Shown: positions 17,161 through 26,518 of the stretch, piece after piece
How positions within the stretch are numbered: position 1 is the first letter of the stretch
Layout: each line of letters starts with the position of its first letter
Origin: Candidatus Omnitrophota bacterium
Lineage (GTDB): Bacteria; Omnitrophota; Gorgyraeia; Gygaellales; Profunditerraquicolaceae
Assembly: GCA_043797735.1 (NCBI GenBank)
Contig: JAZDPH010000044.1
Span: 1-52,656 of the forward strand
Length of the DNA stretch: 52,656 bases
Reading direction: 5' to 3'
Program-made: the position numbers and the translations under genes
Notes under the pieces: model-generated
What the model saw: the letters and a program-made list of their open reading frames with translations, nothing else
Database searches by the model: none
Told to the model about the DNA's origin: nothing

Positions 17161-18172
17161 CGCCTTTAATCTCTAATTCAACGCGTAAAACTAAAATACG
17201 CTGCCCGGCCGCCGCTTGAGGCGGCCGGCCTTGCGCATAAAGCCTGGCAGCGTCCTTCTCGGTAGTAAGTAATGTATTGATATTGCTCCTCTTGGCTTCT
17301 TCGGCTATTCTTTTCAGGTCTTCTTCCGAGTAACTATAATGGTCCGGAAACCTGAAAGATAAACCGGCTTTAATGCCGGAATTTTTAATCAATTTTTCAA
17401 ATGAATCCGGGTCAGCGATGCCGCAAAACAAAGCTACGCTCTCCTCTTTTAAGCTCTCTATGCCTAATAACTCAACCGGCTTATTAAAATCATACAGCCC
17501 TGCCGGCTTATGTATTGACTCAAACACAGGCGCCCGCGGATTGGCCCCGTTCAGGAACCTTTTTAATTCAAGGGTATCTTTGGCCAAATTGGTTTTAGCC
17601 AGGACGAATATATCAGCCCGCTTTAGCGAAGAGAGGGGCTCGCGCAAGATGCCTCTGGGCAAAAGATGCCGGTTTCCGAAAGGATTAACCGCGTCAATAG
17701 TTACAACCTCAAGGTCCTTATGCAGGCGCCATTGCTGAAAACCATCATCCAGCACAACGGTATCTGCCGCATAGTCTTTTACCGCCTCCGAGGCGGCCCG
17801 GGCCCTGTCGGCATTGACGATAACCGCAACGCCTTTAAGTTTCTGCTGGAGCATAACAGGCTCATCACCGCCTCCATACCCCCGGCTCAATATCGCCACC
17901 TGCCTGCCCTGCTCTTTTAAATACCTAACGATGTATTCAACTAAGCTTGTTTTTCCGGTCCCGCCCAAGGTTATATTGCCTACGCTTATTACTTTACAGC
18001 CCAGGCGGCGCTTATAAAGGCCATTTAAGAATGCCAGCATTGCCACTATCAGCCCGTAAAACAGGGAAAGAAAATAGAGCAAGATTTTAACGAGCAGGAA
18101 TTTCGGGCCCTTGTATTCATCTGTGGCTAATTTATAGAGAAAAGAATACATATCTTTGACCTGTGCAATCAA
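17111..18172 (-). CDS. lpxK: tetraacyldisaccharide 4'-kinase
   Basis: N-terminal TM; P-loop ISVGNITLGGTGKTSLVEYI; 353 aa. Confidence 0.85.
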   Translation of the reverse strand: MIAQVKDMYSFLYKLATDEYKGPKFLLVKILLYFLSLFYGLIVAMLAFLNGLYKRRLGCKVISVGNITLGGTGKTSLVEYIVRYLKEQGRQVAILSRGYGGGDEPVMLQQKLKGVAVIVNADRARAASEAVKDYAADTVVLDDGFQQWRLHKDLEVVTIDAVNPFGNRHLLPRGILREPLSSLKRADIFVLAKTNLAKDTLELKRFLNGANPRAPVFESIHKPAGLYDFNKPVELLGIESLKEESVALFCGIADPDSFEKLIKNSGIKAGLSFRFPDHYSYSEEDLKRIAEEAKRSNINTLLTTEKDAARLYAQGRPPQAAAGQRILVLRVELEIKGDDKERFHNRLLALQPL

Positions 18173-18196
18173 CTTATGATTCGCCGATTATCTTGG

Positions 18197-18928
18197 CTAT
18201 TCCGAAGAGATACAAGAGAGGTTTCTTTCAATAAATTCGATTAATTTCTTCTGAACGGGGCCGGGAAGGCTGCAAAACTCTATGCCCATGCCGGGATGAA
18301 ACTGGGGCTGAATCTGTTTATCGGAAAGCCAGACCACCAAGGCATCCAATTCCAACTTTTGGTTTTTCGGCGGAAGGCTCAATGCTAAAATAACTTTATC
18401 CCCCAATTTAAACTTACCGCAACCGTAGAGATAAGCACCGACGGCGCTGAAATTTAATATATCCACGCCAAAGTTACTGGCGCCGCTTTGAGCGTATTTA
18501 GGCCTCAGCTCTGCCTTGATATCAATGGGAAGGCGGCGAAACCGGCGCCGCAGGTGGAGTTTTTGTATCTTTTCAATATTCTCATCCTCTCTAAAGCTCT
18601 TTATCGCCAATTCCTCGGTGGCAAAGCCTTCCATTGCCTTGTCTATCCCGGAAATGGAGAAGATATTCTTCAAATGCGCCGGGACATTGCTTAACTTCAT
18701 CCTGCCTTTATTATTGGTTACCTCTTTATAGGCGATAACAATCACCGAGACCCCCATATAATCCACAAAATCTACCGCCTCAAAATTGCAGAGTATATCC
18801 TTGTAGCCCTGCCTGACGCAGTTGCCGACCATTTCAACAAGCAACGCCGCATTTACGTCTATGCGGCCGGCTAAATCCATCACTATAACGTCTTCAACTC
18901 TTCTGGGCCTGATCTGCAACTCTGACAT
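18197..18928 (-). CDS. STAS (anti-sigma-factor-antagonist-like) domain fused to PilZ c-di-GMP-binding domain
   Basis: The N-terminal ~110 aa have a SpoIIAA/STAS-like pattern. The C-terminal part carries LRRRFRRLP (RxxxR) and, about 25 aa later, DILNFSAVG (D/NxSxxG), the two PilZ c-di-GMP contact motifs. Confidence 0.6.
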   Translation of the reverse strand: MSELQIRPRRVEDVIVMDLAGRIDVNAALLVEMVGNCVRQGYKDILCNFEAVDFVDYMGVSVIVIAYKEVTNNKGRMKLSNVPAHLKNIFSISGIDKAMEGFATEELAIKSFREDENIEKIQKLHLRRRFRRLPIDIKAELRPKYAQSGASNFGVDILNFSAVGAYLYGCGKFKLGDKVILALSLPPKNQKLELDALVVWLSDKQIQPQFHPGMGIEFCSLPGPVQKKLIEFIERNLSCISSE

Positions 18929-18940
18929 TAAACAATCCTT

Positions 18941-20212
18941 TTAGCCTATTATACCACAAAATTGCCTTAAGTACTGCGCATTCCTTGCGCTTGCCCCCTG
19001 GTTCGAAAAGCAAACCTGCCTGGCGCGCCCCCCCAATTCCACAGCGCCCTCAGGATTACCCAAAAGAGCCCCTATCTCTTTCTCTAATTGACCCGGGTTA
19101 TCCACCATTATCGCGGCATTATTTTTTAAAAACATCCCTGCGATATCGCGAAAATTTGACATGTGCGGACCGAATAAAATCGGCCTCTCTAAAAACGCCG
19201 GCTCCAGAATATTATGCCCGCCCTTATTTACCAGGCTCCCGCCTACAAAAGCTATGTCTGCTACAGCGTAATAATTCATTAGTTCCCCCACGCTGTCTAA
19301 AATAAATACGCTCTCTCTCTTAAGGCTCTCCGGGGCAAGCCGGCTAATCAATGCCGGTTTAAAACCGTGCTTAACCGCCAAGCTCTCTATTTCGCCGGCC
19401 CTCTCCGGATGACGGGGGGCAATAAGCAGTTTCAAGCCGGAAAATGACCGCTGCAGGCGGCTGTAAACCTGTAATAACTCTGCCTCCTCTCCCCGATGGG
19501 TTGAGCCGCAAACTAATAGTTTATCCGCCGGCCCTAACTTCAACACCCGCCGGCACCTGATCAACTGCTCAGCCTCGATGGTAAGGCCGGCGGTATCAAA
19601 CTTCATATTCCCGGTTATTTTTATCTTATCGCCAGGTACCCCTAACTGCGATAACCTGGCGGCGTCGGTTTCCGACTGCATGCAGAACAGGCTCACCCTT
19701 TCAAAAATGGGCTTTAGTAAAAACCTTGCCGCCAGGTACCCCCGCAAAGATCTTTCGGAAATCCTGCCGTTTACCGTAACAACCGCAATATTGGCGGCAT
19801 GGAGCGTACTGATAAGATTAGGCCAGATTTCGGTCTCGGCAATTATAAAGAGCGAAGGATTGATTATTCTTATTACTCTTTTTACGATAAGGCTTAAATC
19901 AAGGGGCAGGTAGGTAACAAAATCCCCTTCGCCGGCCAGCCGCGCGGCAATTTTATTGCCGGTGGGGGTTACGGTTGAAATTACGAACTGCCTGGCGGGA
20001 AAGGCGCTTCTTAATTCTTCAAGCAGGCTCTTAATCGTTGCCGCCTCTCCTACGCTTACCGCGTGGAGCCAAATGGGCCTGTTCAACTTCAAATTCCGCG
20101 GCAGTATTCCCAGCCGCCGGATAAAACCCCGGTGAAATTTCCGCCTGAATAAATAAACAGGCAGAGAAACTAGCGCAAATACCAGAAATATTAAATCATA
20201 AACTAAGCTCAT
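18941..20212 (-). CDS. waaA: 3-deoxy-D-manno-octulosonic acid transferase (KDO transferase)
   Basis: N-terminal membrane helix, WLHAVSVGEAATIKSLLEEL, and a C-terminal GT30 fold; 423 aa. Confidence 0.85.
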   Translation of the reverse strand: MSLVYDLIFLVFALVSLPVYLFRRKFHRGFIRRLGILPRNLKLNRPIWLHAVSVGEAATIKSLLEELRSAFPARQFVISTVTPTGNKIAARLAGEGDFVTYLPLDLSLIVKRVIRIINPSLFIIAETEIWPNLISTLHAANIAVVTVNGRISERSLRGYLAARFLLKPIFERVSLFCMQSETDAARLSQLGVPGDKIKITGNMKFDTAGLTIEAEQLIRCRRVLKLGPADKLLVCGSTHRGEEAELLQVYSRLQRSFSGLKLLIAPRHPERAGEIESLAVKHGFKPALISRLAPESLKRESVFILDSVGELMNYYAVADIAFVGGSLVNKGGHNILEPAFLERPILFGPHMSNFRDIAGMFLKNNAAIMVDNPGQLEKEIGALLGNPEGAVELGGRARQVCFSNQGASARNAQYLRQFCGIIG

Positions 20213-20226
20213 AGCTCACAGCTCAT
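20206..20226. repeat. (RTGAGCT)x3 heptamer repeat overlapping the waaA start codon (minus-sense ATGAGCT GTGAGCT ATGAGCT)
   Basis: The plus strand reads agctcat agctcac agctcat. The third minus-sense unit supplies the waaA ATG. The first unit's ATG opens a 5-codon frame (MSCEL) whose TGA overlaps the waaA ATG as ATGA. The xer stop codon lies 8 nt upstream. Confidence 0.8.
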
Positions 20227-20233
20227 AACTAAA

Positions 20234-21103
20234 TCATGCTCTTGGATGGGCCTTATCATAGACGCTTTTTATTTTTTCCGTAGTCAGGTGCGTATAAATC
20301 TGGGTGGTAGAAAGATTGGCATGCCCCAGGAGCTCCTGGACGGTCCTAAGATCCGCCCCCCGGTTTAGAAGGTGCGTGGCAAAAGAATGCCTCAGGGTGT
20401 GCGGAGAGAAACCCTGCCTTATTCCGGCGCGGTTAATATATTTTTCAAATATATCCCTTACCCCCCTTACGCTGATGCGCCTTGCGTTTTTATTCAAAAA
20501 CACCGCCTCGGAATCTTTTTTTCTGGCCCTTAGGTACTTTCTTAAAAAAGATATGGCTACTTCTCCTATCGGGACCAACCGCTCCTTCTTTCCCTTGCCG
20601 AGCACCTTAACAACTCCGCTGATAAAATCAAAGTCTCCCGCATTAAGCGAGACCAACTCTGAAATCCTCATCCCGGTAGAATAAAATGTCTCCAGGATTG
20701 CCCGGTCGCGCAGGCCCATTTCGTCTTTTTTCTCTTCTGTAAAGGCAGACTCTATCAGTTTAACCACCTCGCCTTCAGTCATAAAGGAGGGAAGGCGGCT
20801 ATCCGCCTTGGGGCTGGAGACGGAAAGTATCGGGTTTGACTTAAGGTAACCCTCCCGGGTCAGGAATTTAAAAAAACTGCGCAGGGCCGAGATTCGGCGG
20901 CCGATACTGCGGGGCAAGAGGCCTCTTGCTTTTAATGCCGCTAAGTATTTTCTCAAAAAGAGGTAGTCAATTTTCTCTATTGCCGTCTGATTCGTTGATG
21001 CGGAAAAATCCTTCAAGTCCAGCCTGTAATTTACTATTGTGTGCGGGGAATAGTTCTTTTCGATCTCTAAATAACGGATGAATTTATCTATATACCTTTG
21101 CAT
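20234..21103 (-). CDS. tyrosine recombinase XerC/XerD family
   Basis: N-terminal Xer-type SAM-like domain (IDKFIRYLEIEKNYSPHTIVNYRLDL). Catalytic C-terminus HTLRHSFATHLLNRGADLRTVQELLGHANLSTTQIYTHL (R..H..R..Y). Confidence 0.85.
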   Translation of the reverse strand: MQRYIDKFIRYLEIEKNYSPHTIVNYRLDLKDFSASTNQTAIEKIDYLFLRKYLAALKARGLLPRSIGRRISALRSFFKFLTREGYLKSNPILSVSSPKADSRLPSFMTEGEVVKLIESAFTEEKKDEMGLRDRAILETFYSTGMRISELVSLNAGDFDFISGVVKVLGKGKKERLVPIGEVAISFLRKYLRARKKDSEAVFLNKNARRISVRGVRDIFEKYINRAGIRQGFSPHTLRHSFATHLLNRGADLRTVQELLGHANLSTTQIYTHLTTEKIKSVYDKAHPRA

Positions 21104-21118
21104 TAATCGCTTTTGACT

Positions 21119-23104
21119 TTAAGCGCTTTTTGGCGCATCCTGCGGCAGGTCCCTGGAGGTGAATGTGCATTTAGGAAAGTTGGAGCAGCCGTAGAAGAAC
21201 CCCCGCCGGGAACGCCGCTCAATAAGCTCTCCGCCGCAGCCGGGCAGCGGACATTTAACCCCTGTGGTTATGGACTTGGAATTTTTGCACTCGGGAAATC
21301 CGGAGCAGCTAATGAATTTTCCCTTGCGGCCCCATTTGATAATCATCGGCTTGCCGCATCTATCGCAGGTTTCGCCTGTGGTCAGGACCTCTTTTTTAAT
21401 ATGCTCCTGGGCAAAATCAAGCTTGAGCTTAAAAGGCTTATAGAATTCCTGTAGTACTTTTAGCCTGTCAATTTGGCCCTCTTCAATGTGGTCAAGTTTT
21501 TCCTCCAGTTTAGCGGTAAATTTTACATCCATAACCCGCGGGAAATACTCTACCAGTAGCTCAGAGACCTTAACCCCTAACTCCGTAGCGTGAAAATAAC
21601 CCTTCACCCTGCGGATATAATCGCGCAAAATCAAGGTGGAGGTTATCGGCGCGTAAGTTGAAGGCCTGCCGATACCCTCCTCCTCCAGCACCTTAACCAG
21701 CGAGCTGTCGGAGTATCTGGGGCGGGGCTTGGTAAAATGCTGCGAGGGCGCCAGGTTTAACAAGTCCAGGGCTTCGTCTTTCTTTAAAAGAGGGGTGCTC
21801 TTTTTTTCTTTGTCATCGTTACCTAGATTATAAACCACACTGAAGCCGTCAAAGGCTAACGTGCTGCCGGAGGCCGTAAATTGATACTGCTCTGCCCTTA
21901 TATCAACCGAGGTCTGGTGGTAGAGTGCCGGGGTCATCTGGGAGGCAAGAAAACGGTTGAAAATAAGTTCGTAAAGTTTATACTGCTCAGGGCTCAAGAA
22001 TTCTTTTAAGCCCTGCGGAGGCCTTTGGATAGAGGTAGGCCTGATGGCTTCGTGCGCGCCTTGTGCAAGTTTTTTGACTTTATAGGTGTTGGGCTGCTGC
22101 GGAAGATAACTCTCCCCGAATTGCCTCTTGATATAATCCCTGACTTCCTTTATCGCCTCAGGCGCAACGCGCGGGGAATCAGTGCGCATATATGTAATAA
22201 GGCCCGCCGGGGCCTCCTGCCCTATATCAATACCCTCATATAACTGCTGGGCTATAATCATAGTCTTTGCGGCGTTGAACCTTAATTTATTAAAGGCCTC
22301 CTGCTGGAGGGTACTGGTGATAAAGGGCGGGCCGGGATAGCGTTTTTTGTCTGTCTTTTTTACATCTTGGACCTTAAATGTTTTATTTTTTAAATCTTCA
22401 ACGGCCTTATCCGCCTCCTGCTTATTCTTTATCTCGGCCTTTTTTTCTTCTATTTTTTCTAATTTCGCCAGGAATGACTCTGTTCCCTGTACTCTGTTCT
22501 CTGTACTCTTAGAAAGCTCCGCCTCTATCTCCCAGTATTCACTGGGGGTAAAACTCTCGATCTCTTTTTCCCTTTCAACTACCAGCCTCAAGGCCACAGA
22601 CTGAACCCTGCCCGCGCTTAGGCCCCTGCCGATTTTTTTCCAAAGCAAAGGGCTTAGGAAATAACCGACGATCCTGTCCAGGACGCGCCGGCCCAGCTGC
22701 GCCTCAATCATCTTATGGTCGAAATTGCGCGGTTTTTTAAAAGCGGCGCTGATTGCGACGGGGGTAATCTCATGAAAGACCACGCGCAGGACCTTTTTCC
22801 CTTTGAAGAGCTTATTCTTCAGGTGCCAGCCGATCGCCTCGCCCTCCCGGTCAGGGTCGGTAGCCATATAAATGTTCGTTTTTCCCTGCGCCTCCTTCTT
22901 CAGGGAAGTTAAAATCTTCTGCCTGCCTGAGAGCACGCTGAATTGCGGCTCAAAGTCATTATCGATATCCACGCCCAGTTTCTTCTGCGGCAGGTCAATG
23001 ATATGCCCCATAGAAGAAACTACGCTAAAATCCTTGCCCAGGATTTTACCTATTGTCTTTGCCTTAGTGGGCGATTCGACTATAACCAGATTTTTATTTT
23101 TCAT
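21119..23104 (-). CDS. topA: DNA topoisomerase I (type IA) with C-terminal zinc ribbons
   Basis: The Toprim N-terminus is LVIVESPTKAKTIGKILG. Also present are the IYMATDPDREGEAIGWHL motif and C-terminal CxxC...CxxC pairs. Confidence 0.9.
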   Translation of the reverse strand: MKNKNLVIVESPTKAKTIGKILGKDFSVVSSMGHIIDLPQKKLGVDIDNDFEPQFSVLSGRQKILTSLKKEAQGKTNIYMATDPDREGEAIGWHLKNKLFKGKKVLRVVFHEITPVAISAAFKKPRNFDHKMIEAQLGRRVLDRIVGYFLSPLLWKKIGRGLSAGRVQSVALRLVVEREKEIESFTPSEYWEIEAELSKSTENRVQGTESFLAKLEKIEEKKAEIKNKQEADKAVEDLKNKTFKVQDVKKTDKKRYPGPPFITSTLQQEAFNKLRFNAAKTMIIAQQLYEGIDIGQEAPAGLITYMRTDSPRVAPEAIKEVRDYIKRQFGESYLPQQPNTYKVKKLAQGAHEAIRPTSIQRPPQGLKEFLSPEQYKLYELIFNRFLASQMTPALYHQTSVDIRAEQYQFTASGSTLAFDGFSVVYNLGNDDKEKKSTPLLKKDEALDLLNLAPSQHFTKPRPRYSDSSLVKVLEEEGIGRPSTYAPITSTLILRDYIRRVKGYFHATELGVKVSELLVEYFPRVMDVKFTAKLEEKLDHIEEGQIDRLKVLQEFYKPFKLKLDFAQEHIKKEVLTTGETCDRCGKPMIIKWGRKGKFISCSGFPECKNSKSITTGVKCPLPGCGGELIERRSRRGFFYGCSNFPKCTFTSRDLPQDAPKSA

Positions 23105-23109
23105 CTCAA

Positions 23110-24234
23110 TTATTTTTTTATAAACTGTTTTCCGGGCAGCTGCCCGATGAATTTATCGAGCTGCAACCTTAAAAGTATACCAGATATTTTAGGAATATCC
23201 ATGTTTGTTTTCTCCACCAATACATCAAGCCCTGTAGGCTCCTGAGAAATTAAGCTATAAACCCCCGCCTCTTCTTCCGATAAGGCCCTTCCCTTAAGGC
23301 CTGTTTTCTCTGCCGCCTCCGGCAGGCTGGCCCTAAACTCCTTTACCTTGCTTCTTAGTATCGGCTCCAGCTCTTCAATAATGTCGTCCGCATTCTCCAC
23401 TAATTTTGCGCCTTCTCTTAAGAGTTGATTAGTGCCCCTGCTTACAAAACTATCCGCTTTACCGGGGACGCTGAAGACCTCGCGGCCCTGCTCATTGGCA
23501 TGAGTTACGGTAATCAATGCTCCGCTTCTATGCGGCGCCTCAATCACTACCACCCCTAATGATAAACCACTGATTATTCTATTTCTCATTGGGAAATTGC
23601 CTTTGTCCGGCTTACTAGATAAAGGAAACTCTGAAATCAAAGCGCCGTATTTTGCAATTTCTTCAAACAGTTTTTTATTATCCGGCGGGTAAGCAATATC
23701 CAAACCACATCCTAATACTGCCAAAGTACGGCCTCCTGCTCTTAAAGCAGATTGATGGCTAAAGGTATCTATGCCGCGCGCTCCGCCGCTTACAATAGCA
23801 AAACCTTTTTCAACCAACTGCCTGCTTAGTTTTTCAGACATACTCCTGCCGTAAAAAGAGCTCATGCGAGTGCCTACTATGGCAATAGAAAAATAATCCT
23901 GCGGCAGAATCTCGCCTTTTACAAATAAAACTAAGGGCGGGTCAAATATGGATTTTAAACTGGCGGGATAATACTCGCTATCTAACGGGATAAGAGTAAC
24001 GTTATTTCTTTCAATTAATTTAATCTGGCGCTCTAAATCTATACTCTTTCTGCCCTCAACTATTCTTTTGGCAACTTCCCTGCCTATGTTTTCTACTTCT
24101 GCAATATCATTTAAGGAAGCCTCTAATATTACCTTGGGTGTTTTGAATTTTTCTAAAAGACTTTTTCCCCGCCTTGAACCGATCTCAGGAGTCAAGGCCA
24201 ACCGTAACCAGTCTATTAAACCCTGGCTTAACAT
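23110..24234 (-). CDS. dprA: DNA processing protein DprA/Smf
   Basis: Rossmann-like core IVGTRMSSFYGRSMSEKLSRQLVEKGFAIVSGGARGIDTFSHQSAL; 374 aa. Confidence 0.85.
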   Translation of the reverse strand: MLSQGLIDWLRLALTPEIGSRRGKSLLEKFKTPKVILEASLNDIAEVENIGREVAKRIVEGRKSIDLERQIKLIERNNVTLIPLDSEYYPASLKSIFDPPLVLFVKGEILPQDYFSIAIVGTRMSSFYGRSMSEKLSRQLVEKGFAIVSGGARGIDTFSHQSALRAGGRTLAVLGCGLDIAYPPDNKKLFEEIAKYGALISEFPLSSKPDKGNFPMRNRIISGLSLGVVVIEAPHRSGALITVTHANEQGREVFSVPGKADSFVSRGTNQLLREGAKLVENADDIIEELEPILRSKVKEFRASLPEAAEKTGLKGRALSEEEAGVYSLISQEPTGLDVLVEKTNMDIPKISGILLRLQLDKFIGQLPGKQFIKK

Positions 24235-24743
24235 TTTTTACTTTTAGAAATCACTTTTATAATCCTATCCGCCGCCTCTTTTACGGAAATCTCAGATGTG
24301 TCGATTGTTCTGTCTGCCTGCGCATAATAAGGGGCGCGTAATTTAAGCAAAAGCTCTATCTGTTTTTTGGGGTTGGCCACATTTAACAGCGGCCGGTGGG
24401 CATAAAGACATGTCCTTTTTAATATTACCTCAGGGCTGGCCTTAAGGCAGACGATAACTCCCGTCTTTTTCATTATATTTATATTATCCTTATCAATGAC
24501 TATGCCGCCGCCGCAGGCAACCATAAGATTTTTCTGCGCTGCGGCCTCCTTTAAGGCCCTCTTTTCTGCCTTGCGAAAGTAAGGCTCTCCTTTTTTGGCG
24601 AAGATCCGGGCAATGGCGGCCTTTTCCTTTAATTCAATTAGTTCATCAAGGTCAACAAACTGCCAATTTTTTCTGCGGGCAGCCTCCCTGCCGGCTGAGG
24701 TCTTACCCGTACCCATGAAACCTACGATATAAATATTACTCAT
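24228..24743 (-). CDS. aroK: shikimate kinase
   Basis: MSNIYIVGFMGTGKTSAGREAA P-loop at the position typical of AroK; 171 aa. Confidence 0.85.
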   Translation of the reverse strand: MSNIYIVGFMGTGKTSAGREAARRKNWQFVDLDELIELKEKAAIARIFAKKGEPYFRKAEKRALKEAAAQKNLMVACGGGIVIDKDNINIMKKTGVIVCLKASPEVILKRTCLYAHRPLLNVANPKKQIELLLKLRAPYYAQADRTIDTSEISVKEAADRIIKVISKSKKC

Positions 24744-24816
24744 AAGGATAAGGATAAGGATAAGGATAAGGATAAGGCCGTAAAAGTCTAAGCCTCAACC
24801 TTAACCTTATCCTTTT
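24742..24816. repeat. (ataagg)x6 hexamer tract abutting the aroK start codon plus a partner inverted segment (hairpin-capable leader)
   Basis: cat-aaggataaggataaggataaggataaggataagg at 24742-24777, immediately 5' of the aroK ATG on the minus strand. Its partial inverted partner cctcaaccttaaccttatcc lies at ~24793-24812. Confidence 0.8.
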
Positions 24817-24825
24817 AGTTAAAAA

Positions 24826-25092
24826 CTACTCCTCGTATGCAGCCAGAACAACGCCGGCAAGGATCCTGCGTGCTTCATCTGTCACAGGATAAAAGGTATC
24901 ATACCACTTTCCGTCCTTGCCTTTTTCCTGCGGCATGGAGAGAAATAAACCTTTCTCTCCATTTACTACGCGCAGCCCCTTGATGATGAAATCGCCGATA
25001 GCAACATCTACAAAGGCCTTCAGCTTAGAATCCCCGTCAAAACGATGCAGCCTTACGATCTTTAAATCAAGGCCCGTCTCCATGCTAATCAC
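24826..25092 (-). CDS. spoVG: SpoVG family protein
   Basis: 88 aa; KLKAFVDVAIGDFIIKGLRVVNGEKGLFLSMPQEKGKDGKWYDTFYPVTDEARRIL matches the SpoVG pattern. Confidence 0.8.
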   Translation of the reverse strand: MISMETGLDLKIVRLHRFDGDSKLKAFVDVAIGDFIIKGLRVVNGEKGLFLSMPQEKGKDGKWYDTFYPVTDEARRILAGVVLAAYEE

Positions 25093-25144
25093 CCCCTCTC
25101 GCCTTTAATAGACGAAAGAAAGGGGGCTTTCTCACATATTATTT

Positions 25145-25432
25145 TTAATAAGCGCTCTCAATGAAGATTTCGTGGCGGGTCATCGTCTGCATCGCCCGGT
25201 CATAAGTCAGGTCTTCAACGCGTTTATCAAAAAGTTTGGTCTGGCCGGCAGGCACCCCGTTTACCACTATAACCGTGTTTGTTAAAGGGATGCTTTTATT
25301 AAAGCAAATAATCCGGATGGCTACGGCAGCATAACTTTTTACCGACCTGTTCTGAATTTCCCCCCTGATCAACAGCTGGTCGCTGTTTTTGGCCCTGGCA
25401 AAAGTAACGTTATAAAAATTAAAATTAGGCAA
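25145..25432 (-). CDS. hypothetical protein, 95 aa
   Basis: ORF lies between spoVG and aroC on the same strand. No motif recognised. Confidence 0.35.
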   Translation of the reverse strand: MPNFNFYNVTFARAKNSDQLLIRGEIQNRSVKSYAAVAIRIICFNKSIPLTNTVIVVNGVPAGQTKLFDKRVEDLTYDRAMQTMTRHEIFIESAY

Positions 25433-25449
25433 CTAGCCTCCCCTTTCCC

Positions 25450-26490
25450 TTATTTAATTCTTTTAAGGTATGCCCGATAAGCCTGCCTTATATCCACAAG
25501 GCTATCCCCGCCGAATTTCTCAAGCAGGCAGGCAGCCAGAACAAATGCGGACGCCGATTCTGCGATGGCCCCCGCAGAGCCCACTACGCAGATATCCGAA
25601 CGCTCAACCGCTGCCCGGGAAAACTTTCTGGTTTTTATGTTTACCGAATCCAGCGGCTTCATCAGGGTAGAGATGGGCTTCATACAGACGGATAATTTTA
25701 TCTCCTGCCCGTTAGAAACCCCTCCTTCAATCCCGCCGGCGTTATTTGCCCTGCGCAGGTACCCTTTCTCCTTGGAATAATAAATGGCATCGTGGGCCTG
25801 AGAGCCAAACTTATCCGCATAAGCAAAACCCAGGCCAACCTCCACCGCCTTAATCCCGGGGATAGACATTATTGCCGCCGCCAGCCTGCCGTCCAAGCGC
25901 CGGTCCGGATGGACGTAACTTCCCAGGCCCGCAGGGACACCTCTTAGGCTAACTTCAAAAATACCTCCGAGGGTATCCTTTTTACGCGCAGCCTCGGCAA
26001 TCTTCTCCTTCATCCCCTTGGTTGAAACCTCCGCGCCAATAGAGCAAACCCGGCTTGATATATTTATGCTGAATTCATTTAAAAATATCCGGCATATTGC
26101 TCCGACTGCTACCGTAGCAACCGTGCTCCTTGCCGAAGCCCTCTCCAGCACGTCTCTTATGTCGGTGAACCCGTATTTAAGCAGTCCGGCCAAATCAGCA
26201 TGGCCCGGCCGGGGAGAAAGAACCTTATGCAGGCTTTCAATACTGGAATCTTTATTCGCTATTAATAAGGCAATCGGACTACCTAAGGTCAGGCCGCTCT
26301 TTGTCCCCGCAATTACCTGCGCCCTATCCTTCTCAATGCGCATACGCCTGCCGCGGCCGGGGCCCTGCTGCCTGCGCTTTAATTCGCTGTTTATCAGGGC
26401 CAAATCCAACCTTACCCCTGCGGGCATACCCTCTAAAATTGCAACTATCGCCTTGCCGTGCGATTCACCTGCGCTTAAATATCTTAACAT
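25450..26490 (-). CDS. aroC: chorismate synthase
   Basis: LRYLSAGESHGKAIVAILEGMPAGV N-terminus and GRSSARETA-like core; 346 aa. Confidence 0.9.
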   Translation of the reverse strand: MLRYLSAGESHGKAIVAILEGMPAGVRLDLALINSELKRRQQGPGRGRRMRIEKDRAQVIAGTKSGLTLGSPIALLIANKDSSIESLHKVLSPRPGHADLAGLLKYGFTDIRDVLERASARSTVATVAVGAICRIFLNEFSINISSRVCSIGAEVSTKGMKEKIAEAARKKDTLGGIFEVSLRGVPAGLGSYVHPDRRLDGRLAAAIMSIPGIKAVEVGLGFAYADKFGSQAHDAIYYSKEKGYLRRANNAGGIEGGVSNGQEIKLSVCMKPISTLMKPLDSVNIKTRKFSRAAVERSDICVVGSAGAIAESASAFVLAACLLEKFGGDSLVDIRQAYRAYLKRIK

Positions 26491-26518
26491 GCCTGCCTCC
26501 GTTTTGACTGCGCTTATC

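Noticed and set aside
20234-21103. Tyrosine recombinase as a possible integrase marking a mobile element boundary
   Set aside because: The sequence has the full XerC/XerD architecture and sits with topA and dprA in a housekeeping block. There are no att-like repeats or phage genes nearby.
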